From positions 1 to 63,953 of the forward strand of contig JADDPP010000066.1 in assembly GCA_016781845.1 (NCBI GenBank): DNA of 63,953 nucleotides, given 5' to 3'. Source of the DNA: Rubrobacter sp. (GTDB taxonomy: Bacteria; Chloroflexota; Chloroflexia; Thermobaculales; Thermobaculaceae). The translations under genes were made by a program, and so were the position numbers. The notes below the pieces were generated by a model, which was not told where the DNA came from, did no database searches, and was given only the letters and a program-made list of their open reading frames with translations. Every line of letters starts with the position of its first letter. Position 1 is the first letter of the stretch. Shown here one piece after another: positions 30,989-39,806 of this stretch.

Positions 30989-31038
30989 AGAGAAGTCACA
31001 CAGAGTATGGACGGATAATATGGCGGGTCAGAGCGAAG

Positions 31039-31063
31039 GGGGGCAGGTTTTACACCTGCCCCC
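31039..31063 (-). terminator. Strong hairpin after the SOS-box operon (GGGGGCAGG-7 nt-CCTGCCCCC)
   Basis: Perfect 9-bp GC-rich stem lying 37 nt past the stop of ORF 31100..31366(-). There is no clear U-tract, as in the other hairpins noted here. Confidence 0.4.
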
Positions 31064-31099
31064 GGACCCTGCGACGTCTGCACCTGTACCTGACGGGTG

Positions 31100-31366
31100 C
31101 TAGCTCGCCCGCCGAAGCCGCGCCTGGTCTTCGTACCGCGCGAGCTTGTCGCATGCCTGCTCGTACTGGTGCAGCAGGCGCAGCCAGAACTGCTCCCACT
31201 GCTCGACGTTCTCACCAGCCTGGCGCATCTGCTCTATCTGCCGGCTGCCAGTCTCCAGGCGGTCTACCAGCGTATTGCGCTGCGCGACGAGGTGAGATAT
31301 CTCATCCCGCTCGCGGGAAGTTCGACCCGATGGGGACGGCTGAACTGTCTTCTCAGGAATACTCAC
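31100..31366 (-). CDS. Small coiled-coil protein, second gene of the LexA-box operon
   Basis: 88 aa. The GTG start lies 6 nt after AGGAGG and 19 nt after the stop of the upstream gene. It is heptad-like and Gln/Glu/Arg-rich (LVDRLETGSRQIEQMRQAGENVEQWEQFWLRLLHQYEQ). Confidence 0.55.
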   Translation of the reverse strand: MSIPEKTVQPSPSGRTSRERDEISHLVAQRNTLVDRLETGSRQIEQMRQAGENVEQWEQFWLRLLHQYEQACDKLARYEDQARLRRAS

Positions 31367-31385
31367 GCCGGACCTCCTGCCGCAA

Positions 31386-32015
31386 CTACGCTACCTTGTC
31401 CTGCTTGAGCAGGTCAATGAACTGCGACGCCTCCCAGCGCGAGAGCTCCTGTGGCGCATAGCCGTAGATGTCCTTGCACTTGGCGTCGAGCTCGCCCTTG
31501 CTCAGGCCGAGGTTGCCCTGTCCGATCGCGTAAATGGCCTTGAGCTGCTTCTCGGTCGCGGAGCGCGGGCCAAGTCCACGTGGCTCCGGGTCCGAAGGCT
31601 CGAACTGGGTGACGTTTCCAACGGGGCGCGAGCTGTTGGCGTACATGTCGAGCGAAGAGGCTGGCGCAGGGGCGACAACATCATCCTCGCCACCGAGCTC
31701 CTCAAGGGCCGTGACGCCGATGTTCACCGCGTCGCGCAGGGCGCGCGCCTTGGCTCGGGTCTCCGCCATCCTGATCGTATGCTGCCTGATAAGAGGTGGC
31801 ACGTTCTCAGGGCTCGCGTCGCCGATCCCGGTGAAGCGCCCCTTCTCCGTGTCAACCGTCGCCTGCACGACCGCCACGTTTCCGTTCTCCGCGTTCGGAA
31901 GCTGGAGCAGCGTAGTACTTATCCCCTTGAGCCCCTGCGAGTGTGCCTCTTCAAGAAGACCCGCGTAAAGCACGAAGTGCTTGCCCTGCCGCTCTATTAT
32001 GAACTCTTTCTTCAC
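31386..32015 (-). CDS. Putative single-strand-annealing-like protein (Rad52/Sak-type core) with a C-terminal helical module
   Basis: 209 aa with a GTG start. The order is helix (YAGLLEEAHSQGL), three strands (ISTTLLQL / VAVVQATVDT / GRFTGIGDAS), then helix IRMAETRAKARALRDAVNIG, mirroring the Rad52/Sak/DdrA core (..SDALKRA..GIG). An acidic/Pro linker follows, then ATEKQLKAIYAIG...LSRWEASQFIDLLKQ. Confidence 0.6.
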   Translation of the reverse strand: MKKEFIIERQGKHFVLYAGLLEEAHSQGLKGISTTLLQLPNAENGNVAVVQATVDTEKGRFTGIGDASPENVPPLIRQHTIRMAETRAKARALRDAVNIGVTALEELGGEDDVVAPAPASSLDMYANSSRPVGNVTQFEPSDPEPRGLGPRSATEKQLKAIYAIGQGNLGLSKGELDAKCKDIYGYAPQELSRWEASQFIDLLKQDKVA

Positions 32016-32036
32016 CGCTCGTTACCTCACTACAAA

Positions 32037-32050
32037 AGAACAAATGTTCT
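32037..32050 (-). promoter_or_regulatory. LexA (SOS/Cheo) box AGAACATTTGTTCT
   Basis: Perfect 14-nt palindrome. GAACATTTGTTC differs at one central base from the Gram-positive consensus GAACATATGTTC. It starts 7 nt downstream of the -10 hexamer and ends 21 nt upstream of the GTG. Confidence 0.7.
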
Positions 32051-32057
32051 AATTGAC

Positions 32058-32086
32058 AGTATATAAGGCACAAGGTTCGATGTCAA
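32058..32086 (-). promoter_or_regulatory. Sigma70-type promoter TTGACA-17 nt-TATACT
   Basis: On the minus strand the -35 TTGACA is at 32086-32081, the spacer is exactly 17 nt, and the -10 TATACT is at 32063-32058. It sits in an AT-rich island in otherwise GC-rich DNA. Confidence 0.65.
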
Positions 32087-32176
32087 TTCGGGTTAAATGG
32101 CTATCGAGGTCGCCCACGTAGCGACGACCTGCGTGAGACGCGGGGCGTATAGCAGACAGGCGCTGCTACAGAGATG

Positions 32177-32893
32177 TCACTCGCCCTGAAAGAGGTAACC
32201 CACGCCCGGCACGGTCACCACATATCGCGGGTGCGACGGGTCGTCCTCGATGCGCTGTCGCAGATGAAAGATATGCGTCTTGACGAGGTTGGCGTCCGCC
32301 GCCGCGCTGTAGCCCCAAACGTTCTGCATCAGCATCTCGGTCGGCAGTACCTGCCCCTGGTTCGCCATCATATACCGCAGCAGCTCGAACTGGATGCGCG
32401 TGAGCCGGATAGGCTCTCCGTTGCGGCGCACCTCCATGTGGTCCGGGTCTATCTGAAATGGGCCGGAGTTCAGGTTGTCGCGTCTGTTGACCATCCCGTT
32501 CGAGCGACGGGCGAGAGCGCGCACGCGCGCTATCAGCTCCCTCGGCGAGTAAGGCTTCGTCACGTAATCGTCCGCGCCCAGCTCGAGTCCGAGCACTATG
32601 TTCTCGTCCTCGCCACGAGCGGTGAGCATGATGATGGGTATCGAGCTCTCGCTGCGAAGCCTGCGGCATACCTCGAAGCCGTCGAGCTCAGGCATTCCTA
32701 CGTCGAGCACCACAAGGTCTGGCCGTTCCGCGGCTACCTGGGCGAGCGCCTCGCGGCCGTCGCGAGCGGCTACTACCTCGAATCCCTCGCGCTGCAACGA
32801 ATACGCGAGGATGTCGAGCAGGTCCGTGTCATCGTCAGCGATCAGGACCTTCAGAGCCGGGGCCTCGTCTCTCTGCTTCGCTACTGACGCCAT
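32177..32893 (-). CDS. OmpR-family response regulator
   Basis: Receiver domain (VLIADDDTDLLD...LVVLDVGMPELDG) plus a winged-helix output domain (..LVKTHIFHLRQRIE..VTVPGVGY). Its start overlaps the kinase stop (ATGA). Confidence 0.9.
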   Translation of the reverse strand: MASVAKQRDEAPALKVLIADDDTDLLDILAYSLQREGFEVVAARDGREALAQVAAERPDLVVLDVGMPELDGFEVCRRLRSESSIPIIMLTARGEDENIVLGLELGADDYVTKPYSPRELIARVRALARRSNGMVNRRDNLNSGPFQIDPDHMEVRRNGEPIRLTRIQFELLRYMMANQGQVLPTEMLMQNVWGYSAAADANLVKTHIFHLRQRIEDDPSHPRYVVTVPGVGYLFQGE

Positions 32894-33987
32894 CAGGCGT
32901 GGCTTCCTTCTACAGGCAACGTAAACCAGAAAGCGGTGCTGCCGGGTTTGCTCATCAATCCCACCGTTCCGCCGTGCATTTCCACGATCTCTTTAACTAA
33001 CGCGAGGCCGAGCCCCGATCCGCCCTGCACGCCCTCTCCCGTGCTTCCACGGTAGAAGCGGTGGAACAGCCTGGCGTGCTCGTGCTCCGGGATACCCGGC
33101 CCTCGCTGGCGTACTGTGAAGCGTACCTGGGAGTCCTCACCGGACACGAGCAGTTGAATTGGCTCGTTCGGTTCGCCGTACCGGTTGGCGTTGGACAGCA
33201 GGTTCACCAGCACCCCGATGATGCGCTTTGAGTCTACTACAAGAGCCGGCACCTGCCCTATCAGTCGCATGTCGAGCCTCTGATTTTTGTTGCTCAACAG
33301 CGGCTGTACGAAGTCGGAGGCGTCTCTGATAAGGGAGTGTGCGCTGCTCGCTGACCTTCGGAGCTGGAACTTCCCGTTCTGCAGGTTTGCGGCGTCCAGC
33401 AGGTTGTTGACGAGCGCCTCCAGCCTCCGCGTGTTGCGGTGCAGCAAGCTTACCATCTTTCCCAGCTCCTCGGTCGGCATCGTCTCGTAGTCCTGCATTA
33501 CCAGCTCCATAGTTGCTGCCAGAGCGGTAAGGGGTGTGCGCAGGTCGTGGCTCACGTTTGCGAGGAAGTCAACGGCGCCGTGATCGTTCTGTTCCTCCTC
33601 GTGCAGGTACATCCGGTGAAGGCAGTACCGCGGGAGCCCCGGTCTGGCAAGCGGGAGAACACTCCACGTAGCGGTGCGCCTGCCCCCAAGCACGGTCAGG
33701 TACGCCGGAATCATTGCCTGTCCTTCGCAGCTGGAGAGGCACTCGTCGAGAGAGGCCAGCCATCCTGCTTGAGGTGAGAGAGGGCGCAGGAGCTGTATCA
33801 GGCCTGTGCCTCTATGATCCTCGGTCGCGCCGAGAACCGACCCCGCCAGCGCGTTGTACGCGCATATCTCGTCGCGCTTGCCGGTGAGGAGCGCCGGTCC
33901 ATCGAGCGCTGCGAGTACGTCGTGGATATTGGGCAGCAGCCCCGCGTGGGCCGACGTATCGGGCGTCGGCGCTTCATGTACGGACAT
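32893..33987 (-). CDS. Cytoplasmic sensor histidine kinase (PAS-like N-domain, HisKA, HATPase_c)
   Basis: H-box FLANVSHDLRTPLTAL, N-box LLSNANRY, G-boxes GSGLGLALV. No TM segment was seen. Confidence 0.88.
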   Translation of the reverse strand: MSVHEAPTPDTSAHAGLLPNIHDVLAALDGPALLTGKRDEICAYNALAGSVLGATEDHRGTGLIQLLRPLSPQAGWLASLDECLSSCEGQAMIPAYLTVLGGRRTATWSVLPLARPGLPRYCLHRMYLHEEEQNDHGAVDFLANVSHDLRTPLTALAATMELVMQDYETMPTEELGKMVSLLHRNTRRLEALVNNLLDAANLQNGKFQLRRSASSAHSLIRDASDFVQPLLSNKNQRLDMRLIGQVPALVVDSKRIIGVLVNLLSNANRYGEPNEPIQLLVSGEDSQVRFTVRQRGPGIPEHEHARLFHRFYRGSTGEGVQGGSGLGLALVKEIVEMHGGTVGLMSKPGSTAFWFTLPVEGSHA

Positions 33988-34296
33988 TACTTGCCTCCAG
34001 GAGTTCGCTTAGGCACGGGAGTGCTGACCGACTGCTCGCACAGCGGCGCATCTTGGGTCTATGCCAGGAGCGCACCATCGGTGCCCTCGTAGCCCCTCAG
34101 GTTGCTCAGCAGCGCATTCTATCATCCCGGCTGACCTGGGGCTAGTCTCGGACCACTGTCGAGGCGCTGCGGGCCTGGATGCTGCGGTCATGGTGCTGCA
34201 CCCCGTGTAAACGAACGCGCCCGCGTGTTTACAGACCCTGTCCACGAGGACAGCCGCGATGCAACCTTCGAGGTTGAGATTTAAGGAGGGTACACC

Positions 34297-37200
34297 GTGG
34301 CGGCCGAGTTTGTTCATCTCCACCTGCATAGCGACTACTCCCTACTGGACGGGCTGGGCAAGATCAAGAATTACGTTTCGATGGCGAAAGAGTATGGGAT
34401 GCCTGCGCTCGCGCTGAGCGACCACGGCGTGCTGTACGGCGCGTTCGACATGTACTCCATTGCGAAGAAGCAGGGCATCAAGCCGATTATCGGCTGCGAG
34501 ATGTACGTGGCCGCTCGCACCATGCACGACAAGCAGGGCAAGCTGGACTCGGAGTACTACCACCTGCTGGTGCTGGCGCGCGACTACGAGGGCTACCAGA
34601 ACCTCCTGAAGCTGGTGAGCCTCGCCCATATGGAAGGGTATTACTACAAGCCGCGTATAGACCACGACACGCTGGCGAGGCACTCCAAGGGGCTCATCGT
34701 CACCTCTGCGTGTCTCGGAGGCGAGGTATCCCAGTTGCTGCTGCGCGGCCACGACAAGGAGGCGCGCGAGAGAGCGGACAAGTACCGCTCGATAGTCGGG
34801 CGGGAAAACTACTTCATCGAGGTTCAGGATCACCCCATGGAGGAGCAGCAAGTTGCGAACCGCAAGCTGATCGAGCTCGCAAGTGATCTGGAGATACCAC
34901 TCGTTGCCACGTGTGATGTCCACTACCCGCGCAAGGAGGACGCGGAGATTCACGACGTCCTGCTCTGCGTCCAGACGGGGCGGATGGTCTCCGACGAGAA
35001 CCGTATGAGGATGAGCGCGGATAGCTTCTACCTGCGCTCCCCGCAGGAGATGGAAAGGTCGTTCGGGGAACTGCCGGAGGCACTATCGAACACCCTCGCC
35101 ATAGCCGAGATGTGCGATATCTCGATCCCGACCGGCAAGTGGATCCTGCCGCATTACGACGTGCCGGAGGGCCACACGCCTGAGACGTATCTGCGCGAGC
35201 TGTGCGAGCAGGGGCTGTCCCGTCGGTACGAGACGGTGACGCCAAAGATACGCGAGCGACTGGAATATGAGCTGGACATTATCGAGAAGAAGGGCTATCC
35301 AACATACATGCTCATCGTCCAGGACTTCGTGAACTGGGCGAGACAGCAGGAGATAGCGGTCACGAGCCGCGGCTCCGCGGCGGGAAGCCTCGTGTCATAC
35401 CTCATCAACATCACCAGTGCGGACCCGCTCGAGTATGACCTGCCTTTCGAGCGCTTCCTTACGGTACACCGCCCGAGCCCTCCAGACATAGACATGGACT
35501 TCGAGGACTCCCGGCGTGAGGAGGTCATCCAGTATGTGACGCGCAAGTACGGCCAGGATAAGGTGGCGCAGATCATCACCTTCGGAACGATGGAAGCACG
35601 CGCCGCCGTTCGGGATGTGGGCCGCGTGCTCGGGCTCTCCTACGGCGATTGCGACGCGGTGGCGAAGATGATCCAGCAGGGGAGTTCCCTCGCAGATACG
35701 CTCGACTCCTCTTCCGCGCTGCGGGAGTGGCGCGACCGTGACCCTCAGATACGCCGTCTGCTCGACTACGCCGCCCGGCTGGAAGGCGTCACCCGCCATG
35801 CTTCCACGCACGCCGCCGGAGTCATCATCTCGCGCGAGCCACTGATGAACTACGCGCCCGTGCAGAAGGAGGCGAGCGGGAACAAGCCGCTCATTCAGTA
35901 CAACATGACGGCGGCGGAGAGCATCGGCCTGCTGAAGATGGACTTTCTTGGCCTCGCCAACCTCTCCATCCTCGGCCGTGCCGTCAAGACAATCAAACAG
36001 ACCACGGGCCAGGACATTAATCTTGATATGCTGCCTCTCGACGACGCGACGACGTATGAGCTGCTCTCATCGGGTGAGACTACCGGGGTGTTCCAGCTGG
36101 AATCCGCAGGCATGCGCCGCTACATCAAGGACCTGAAGCCCACGAATATCCGCGACATCGCGGCGATGATCAGCCTGTACCGGCCAGGTCCAATGGATAT
36201 GATCCCGACGTACATCGAGCGCAAGCACGACACGTCCAAGGTAAGCTACCTGGTACCTCAGCTCGAAAGCATCCTCAAGAACTCGTTCGGCGTTCTGGTC
36301 TACCAGGACGATATCCTGCAACTCTCCATAGAGGTGGCGGGGTACACCTGGGAGGAAGCCGATAAGCTGCGCAAAGCCGTCGGCAAGAAGATCAAAGAGG
36401 AGCTCGACGCGCAACGCGAGAAGTTTGTTAAGGGTTGCCAGGCTCATGGAGGGCTGTCTGCCGCAAAAGCGAACGAGCTTTGGGAGTGGATGGAGCCGTT
36501 CGCCCGTTACGGCTTCGGAAAGGCCCACGCCGCGGCGTACGCTCTGGTCGCGTATCAGACGGCGTACCTCAAGGCTAACTACACGTCCGAGTACATGAGT
36601 GCGTTCCTCACAGTCGCCGTGGGCAACGCGGAGAAGATCGTCGCTGGTATCTCCGAGTGCAAGCGGATGGGTATTGATGTTTTGCCGCCGGACATCAACA
36701 GGAGTGAGGAGGGATTCGCGCTCGAGCCAGGTGAGCATGGCGAGGGCAAGCCAGTGCCTATCCGCTTCGGTCTGGGCGCTATCAAGAACGTTGGTTCTGG
36801 CCTCATTCAAGCGATCCTGAACGCGCGCGGGAAGCTGCCGGAGAAACAGTTCAAGTCCCTCGACCACCTGTGCCAGCAGGTTGACGGCAGACTCGTGAAC
36901 AAGCGCGTGCTGGAAAGCCTCATCAAGGCGGGCGCAATGGACGCGCTCGGCACCCGCGCACAGCTGCTGGCGGTGCTCGACGACGCCATGGCGATCGGAC
37001 AGCGGGCGCAGAAGGCGAGCGGCGCGGGACAGATGAGCCTGTTCGGCAGCTCTGCGGCGCATTCCGAGGACGTGTACGTGCCGAGCGTTATCCTGCCCGC
37101 CGTGCCGGATACCCCACGCGAGGAGCAGCTCTCCTGGGAGAAGGAGATGCTAGGACTCTACATAACAGAACACCCTCTAACCGCTGCTCTTGCAGGGAAC

Positions 37201-37863
37201 CGGTCGGAGAGGGTGTCGCTCATGGCTGAGGTGGGGAAAGAGCTGGTGGGACAGAGCGTGCAGGTCATCGGCATGCTAACCGGCACGAGGGTCCTCACAA
37301 CAAAGAAGAAGCAGAGCATGCTCGTCGGCAAGCTCGAAGACCTGACGGGCAGCATTGATCTGGTGGCTTTTCCCGAAAGCTATGAGAAGCATCGCGAGCT
37401 GCTGCGCGACGATGCCATACTGGAGATAGCTGGCAAGCTCGACGAGCGCAACGACAACCTGCAGCTGATCCTCGACTCTGCTCAACCGTACAGAACCCAG
37501 GAGGAAGACCAGGCGGAAGGGGCCGAGGGCGGGCCGCCCCCGGAGGAAGCCGAGCAGCGCGAGGACTGGGCGCCAGACGTTGACACACCACAGGAGCTAC
37601 GGGTGTTGTTGCCTGTCAGTGGCGACCTGGACGCGGACGTGGAGTTGATGCACGGCCTGTACAGGCTGCTCAAGCGGTATCCGGGACCGGACCGGGTCAC
37701 GCTTCAACTGTCCGTGGGGCAGCGCTCAGTGGTGATCGCGCCTCACAGCCTCGACGTTCGTTACTCCGCCGCGCTTCAGGCGGAACTGGAAGGGTTGCTT
37801 GGCGGCAGGCACTGGCGCGTGCTCGATCTCCCGCGCCCGGCTGGTCCCGACAAGGTGGCGTAG
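34297..37863 (+). CDS. dnaE: DNA polymerase III subunit alpha
   Basis: 1188 aa with a GTG start. The PHP N-terminus is FVHLHLHSDYSLLDG, followed by the polymerase core and an OB-fold near the C-terminus. Confidence 0.95.
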   Translation: MAAEFVHLHLHSDYSLLDGLGKIKNYVSMAKEYGMPALALSDHGVLYGAFDMYSIAKKQGIKPIIGCEMYVAARTMHDKQGKLDSEYYHLLVLARDYEGYQNLLKLVSLAHMEGYYYKPRIDHDTLARHSKGLIVTSACLGGEVSQLLLRGHDKEARERADKYRSIVGRENYFIEVQDHPMEEQQVANRKLIELASDLEIPLVATCDVHYPRKEDAEIHDVLLCVQTGRMVSDENRMRMSADSFYLRSPQEMERSFGELPEALSNTLAIAEMCDISIPTGKWILPHYDVPEGHTPETYLRELCEQGLSRRYETVTPKIRERLEYELDIIEKKGYPTYMLIVQDFVNWARQQEIAVTSRGSAAGSLVSYLINITSADPLEYDLPFERFLTVHRPSPPDIDMDFEDSRREEVIQYVTRKYGQDKVAQIITFGTMEARAAVRDVGRVLGLSYGDCDAVAKMIQQGSSLADTLDSSSALREWRDRDPQIRRLLDYAARLEGVTRHASTHAAGVIISREPLMNYAPVQKEASGNKPLIQYNMTAAESIGLLKMDFLGLANLSILGRAVKTIKQTTGQDINLDMLPLDDATTYELLSSGETTGVFQLESAGMRRYIKDLKPTNIRDIAAMISLYRPGPMDMIPTYIERKHDTSKVSYLVPQLESILKNSFGVLVYQDDILQLSIEVAGYTWEEADKLRKAVGKKIKEELDAQREKFVKGCQAHGGLSAAKANELWEWMEPFARYGFGKAHAAAYALVAYQTAYLKANYTSEYMSAFLTVAVGNAEKIVAGISECKRMGIDVLPPDINRSEEGFALEPGEHGEGKPVPIRFGLGAIKNVGSGLIQAILNARGKLPEKQFKSLDHLCQQVDGRLVNKRVLESLIKAGAMDALGTRAQLLAVLDDAMAIGQRAQKASGAGQMSLFGSSAAHSEDVYVPSVILPAVPDTPREEQLSWEKEMLGLYITEHPLTAALAGNRSERVSLMAEVGKELVGQSVQVIGMLTGTRVLTTKKKQSMLVGKLEDLTGSIDLVAFPESYEKHRELLRDDAILEIAGKLDERNDNLQLILDSAQPYRTQEEDQAEGAEGGPPPEEAEQREDWAPDVDTPQELRVLLPVSGDLDADVELMHGLYRLLKRYPGPDRVTLQLSVGQRSVVIAPHSLDVRYSAALQAELEGLLGGRHWRVLDLPRPAGPDKVA

Positions 37864-37885
37864 CGGGCTGGCCGCGGGCGGCGGC

Positions 37886-37942
37886 TGTGCGGGAGTTTCG
37901 AAGACGTAGCGTGCTACGTCTCTACGCATGTGCGGGAGTTTC
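37886..37942. repeat. REP-like palindrome, copy D (AGACGTAGC-GT-GCTACGTCT at 37902-37921) bracketed by direct repeat TGTGCGGGAGTTTC
   Basis: The 14-nt direct repeat is at 37886-37899 and 37929-37942. The palindrome lies between them, in the 79-nt gap between the dnaE and polX stops. Confidence 0.8.
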
Positions 37943-39682
37943 TCAGATCGCCGGTCGGTTGCGCTTCAGGCGCGGCAGGAGGTCGGCGAGGGGCAGGGTG
38001 GTCAACACCTGTTCCTTCCGAGCCAGCGCCCGTGTCGCTACCTGCGCGCCGTAGTAGACGTTTGCGAGACCTTCCGTGGAGTGGGCGTCGCTGCCGATGG
38101 TAAGCGTACAACCCGCGGCGAGGGCCGCGCGGGCATGGGAGTCGCGCAGGTCAAGCCGTGCGAGGTCGCCGTTGATCTCCAGAGCCGTGCCGGTGCGGGC
38201 CGCCTCGGAGTAGAGGGCGTCCATGTCGAAGTCACCACCAGCTCTGCCTCCAACGAGCCTCCCGGTGGGATGGGCGAGCACGTCAACCAGTGGGTGGCGT
38301 ATCGCAGCGAGCGCCCGGCTGGTGACGTGCTCGCGGCCTTTGCGCAGACCGCTATGGACCGAGGCCGTCACCACGTCAAGCCGAGCCAGCACCTCGTCAG
38401 GGTAGTCGAGCGAGCCGTCCCCCCGCACCTCCAGCTCTACGCCTTGCAGTATTCGGAAAGGAGCCAGCCTGTGGTTAAGAGCATCGATCTCCTCGCGCTG
38501 CCGCGCGAGCCGCTCCGCGCTCAGGCCGCCAGCGACCCCCAGGCTCACCGAATGGTCCGTGATGCAGATATACTCGTAGCCTCGCTCCCTCGCCGCGAGG
38601 GCCATCGCCTCGATCGTTCGTGTGCCGTCGCTCCAATCGGAGTGCATGTGCAGATCGCCCTGGAGCCACGAGACATCGAACGGGTCCGGCAGCCTCCCCT
38701 CCAGAGCAAGCTCTACCTCGCCAGCATCCTCGCGCATGGGAGGCGGTACGTATTGCATGCCTAGAAAGCCGTAGACCTGTTCCTCCGTGGCGCACCGCAC
38801 CAGCCTCCCATCAACCTCGAAGCCTCGCTCCGACAGCTTGACGCGCCTGTCCGCCGCCAGGCGCGCCAGGTGTTCGTTGTGCGCGACACTGCCCGTGGCC
38901 TGCTGCAGCAGGGAGCCGAAAGCCGCGTCCTCAGCGACGCAAAGCTCGGCTGTGTAACCGTTCTGCAGCTGCACCCGGCAGGAGTGTACGTTCGCCTCCA
39001 GCACCTTCGTGACCAGTGGCAGAGCGCAAAACGCCTCCAACACTCGTCTCCCGTCGTCCGCCGCGGCCACGAGGTTGATGTTGCCGACGAGGTCGCGAAA
39101 GCGGCGGGTGCTGCCCGCTATCTCGACCCGACGTGCATATGGACTTGCCTGCCGTACCAGCGCGGCCAGCTCCTGCGCGAGGGGGAGCGCCACTCCAAGC
39201 GGTATGCGTTCATCCGGCGCCTGCAGCGCGCGCAAGCCCTCCGCGATGCGTTGCGCCCCCCGCGGTCCCAGCCCCCCAACGCCTGCCAGGCGCCCATCTG
39301 CCACTGCCGTCCGGAGGTCCTCGAGGCTGCCGATGCCCAACTCTCTGTACAGCAGTCGGGCGCGCTTCGGTCCCACCTCGGGAACCTGAAGTAGCTCGGC
39401 GACTCCCGGAGGTATCTCCGCCTGCACCTCGTCGAGTAGACGGAAAGTGCCCGTGTCGAGCAAGTCTTCGATCTTCTGCGCTATGGCCTTGCCCACACCG
39501 GGCAGCTGCTCAAGCTCATGGCGGGAGCGAACGGCCGCGATTGGCTCGGGCAGTTGGGCGATGCTTTCGGCGGCGCGGCGGTACGCGGTCAGCTTGAAGG
39601 GGGCCTCGCCGCGGATCTCGAGCAAGTCCGCCAGGGAGCGGAACACGGCGGCTACTTCGCGATTGCTCGTCGGTTGAGTCAC
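37943..39682 (-). CDS. polX: DNA polymerase/3'-5' exonuclease PolX (Pol-beta-like domain plus PHP domain)
   Basis: ORF 37943..40270 trimmed to GTG 39682, 7 nt after GAGGA. It has the helix-hairpin-helix N-terminus NREVAAVFRSLADLLEIRGE..FKLTAYRRAA and the PHP motif GDLHMHSDWSDG. The 196 upstream codons are antisense to moxR. Confidence 0.88.
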   Translation of the reverse strand: MTQPTSNREVAAVFRSLADLLEIRGEAPFKLTAYRRAAESIAQLPEPIAAVRSRHELEQLPGVGKAIAQKIEDLLDTGTFRLLDEVQAEIPPGVAELLQVPEVGPKRARLLYRELGIGSLEDLRTAVADGRLAGVGGLGPRGAQRIAEGLRALQAPDERIPLGVALPLAQELAALVRQASPYARRVEIAGSTRRFRDLVGNINLVAAADDGRRVLEAFCALPLVTKVLEANVHSCRVQLQNGYTAELCVAEDAAFGSLLQQATGSVAHNEHLARLAADRRVKLSERGFEVDGRLVRCATEEQVYGFLGMQYVPPPMREDAGEVELALEGRLPDPFDVSWLQGDLHMHSDWSDGTRTIEAMALAARERGYEYICITDHSVSLGVAGGLSAERLARQREEIDALNHRLAPFRILQGVELEVRGDGSLDYPDEVLARLDVVTASVHSGLRKGREHVTSRALAAIRHPLVDVLAHPTGRLVGGRAGGDFDMDALYSEAARTGTALEINGDLARLDLRDSHARAALAAGCTLTIGSDAHSTEGLANVYYGAQVATRALARKEQVLTTLPLADLLPRLKRNRPAI

Positions 39683-39738
39683 GGATACATCCTCGCATGC
39701 CGCCCGCGGGCGGCCATTATGGTTAGCTGCTGTGGACG

Positions 39739-39747
39739 TGGTATAAT
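39739..39747 (+). promoter_or_regulatory. Candidate extended -10 element TGGTATAAT upstream of the MoxR operon
   Basis: Matches TGnTATAAT and lies 60 nt upstream of the TTG start at 39807. Confidence 0.35.
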
Positions 39748-39806
39748 ACCGCAACGCATTTTCCCACAGTCTACGTTCAGTTGGAGCATACACCAAGGAA
39801 ACTCGC

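Noticed and set aside
32071-32090. GGTTCGATG, a T-loop-like string suggesting a tRNA
   Set aside because: No acceptor, D or anticodon stems can be drawn around it. It lies inside the promoter spacer of the LexA-box operon. I found no tRNA or rRNA elsewhere by eye.
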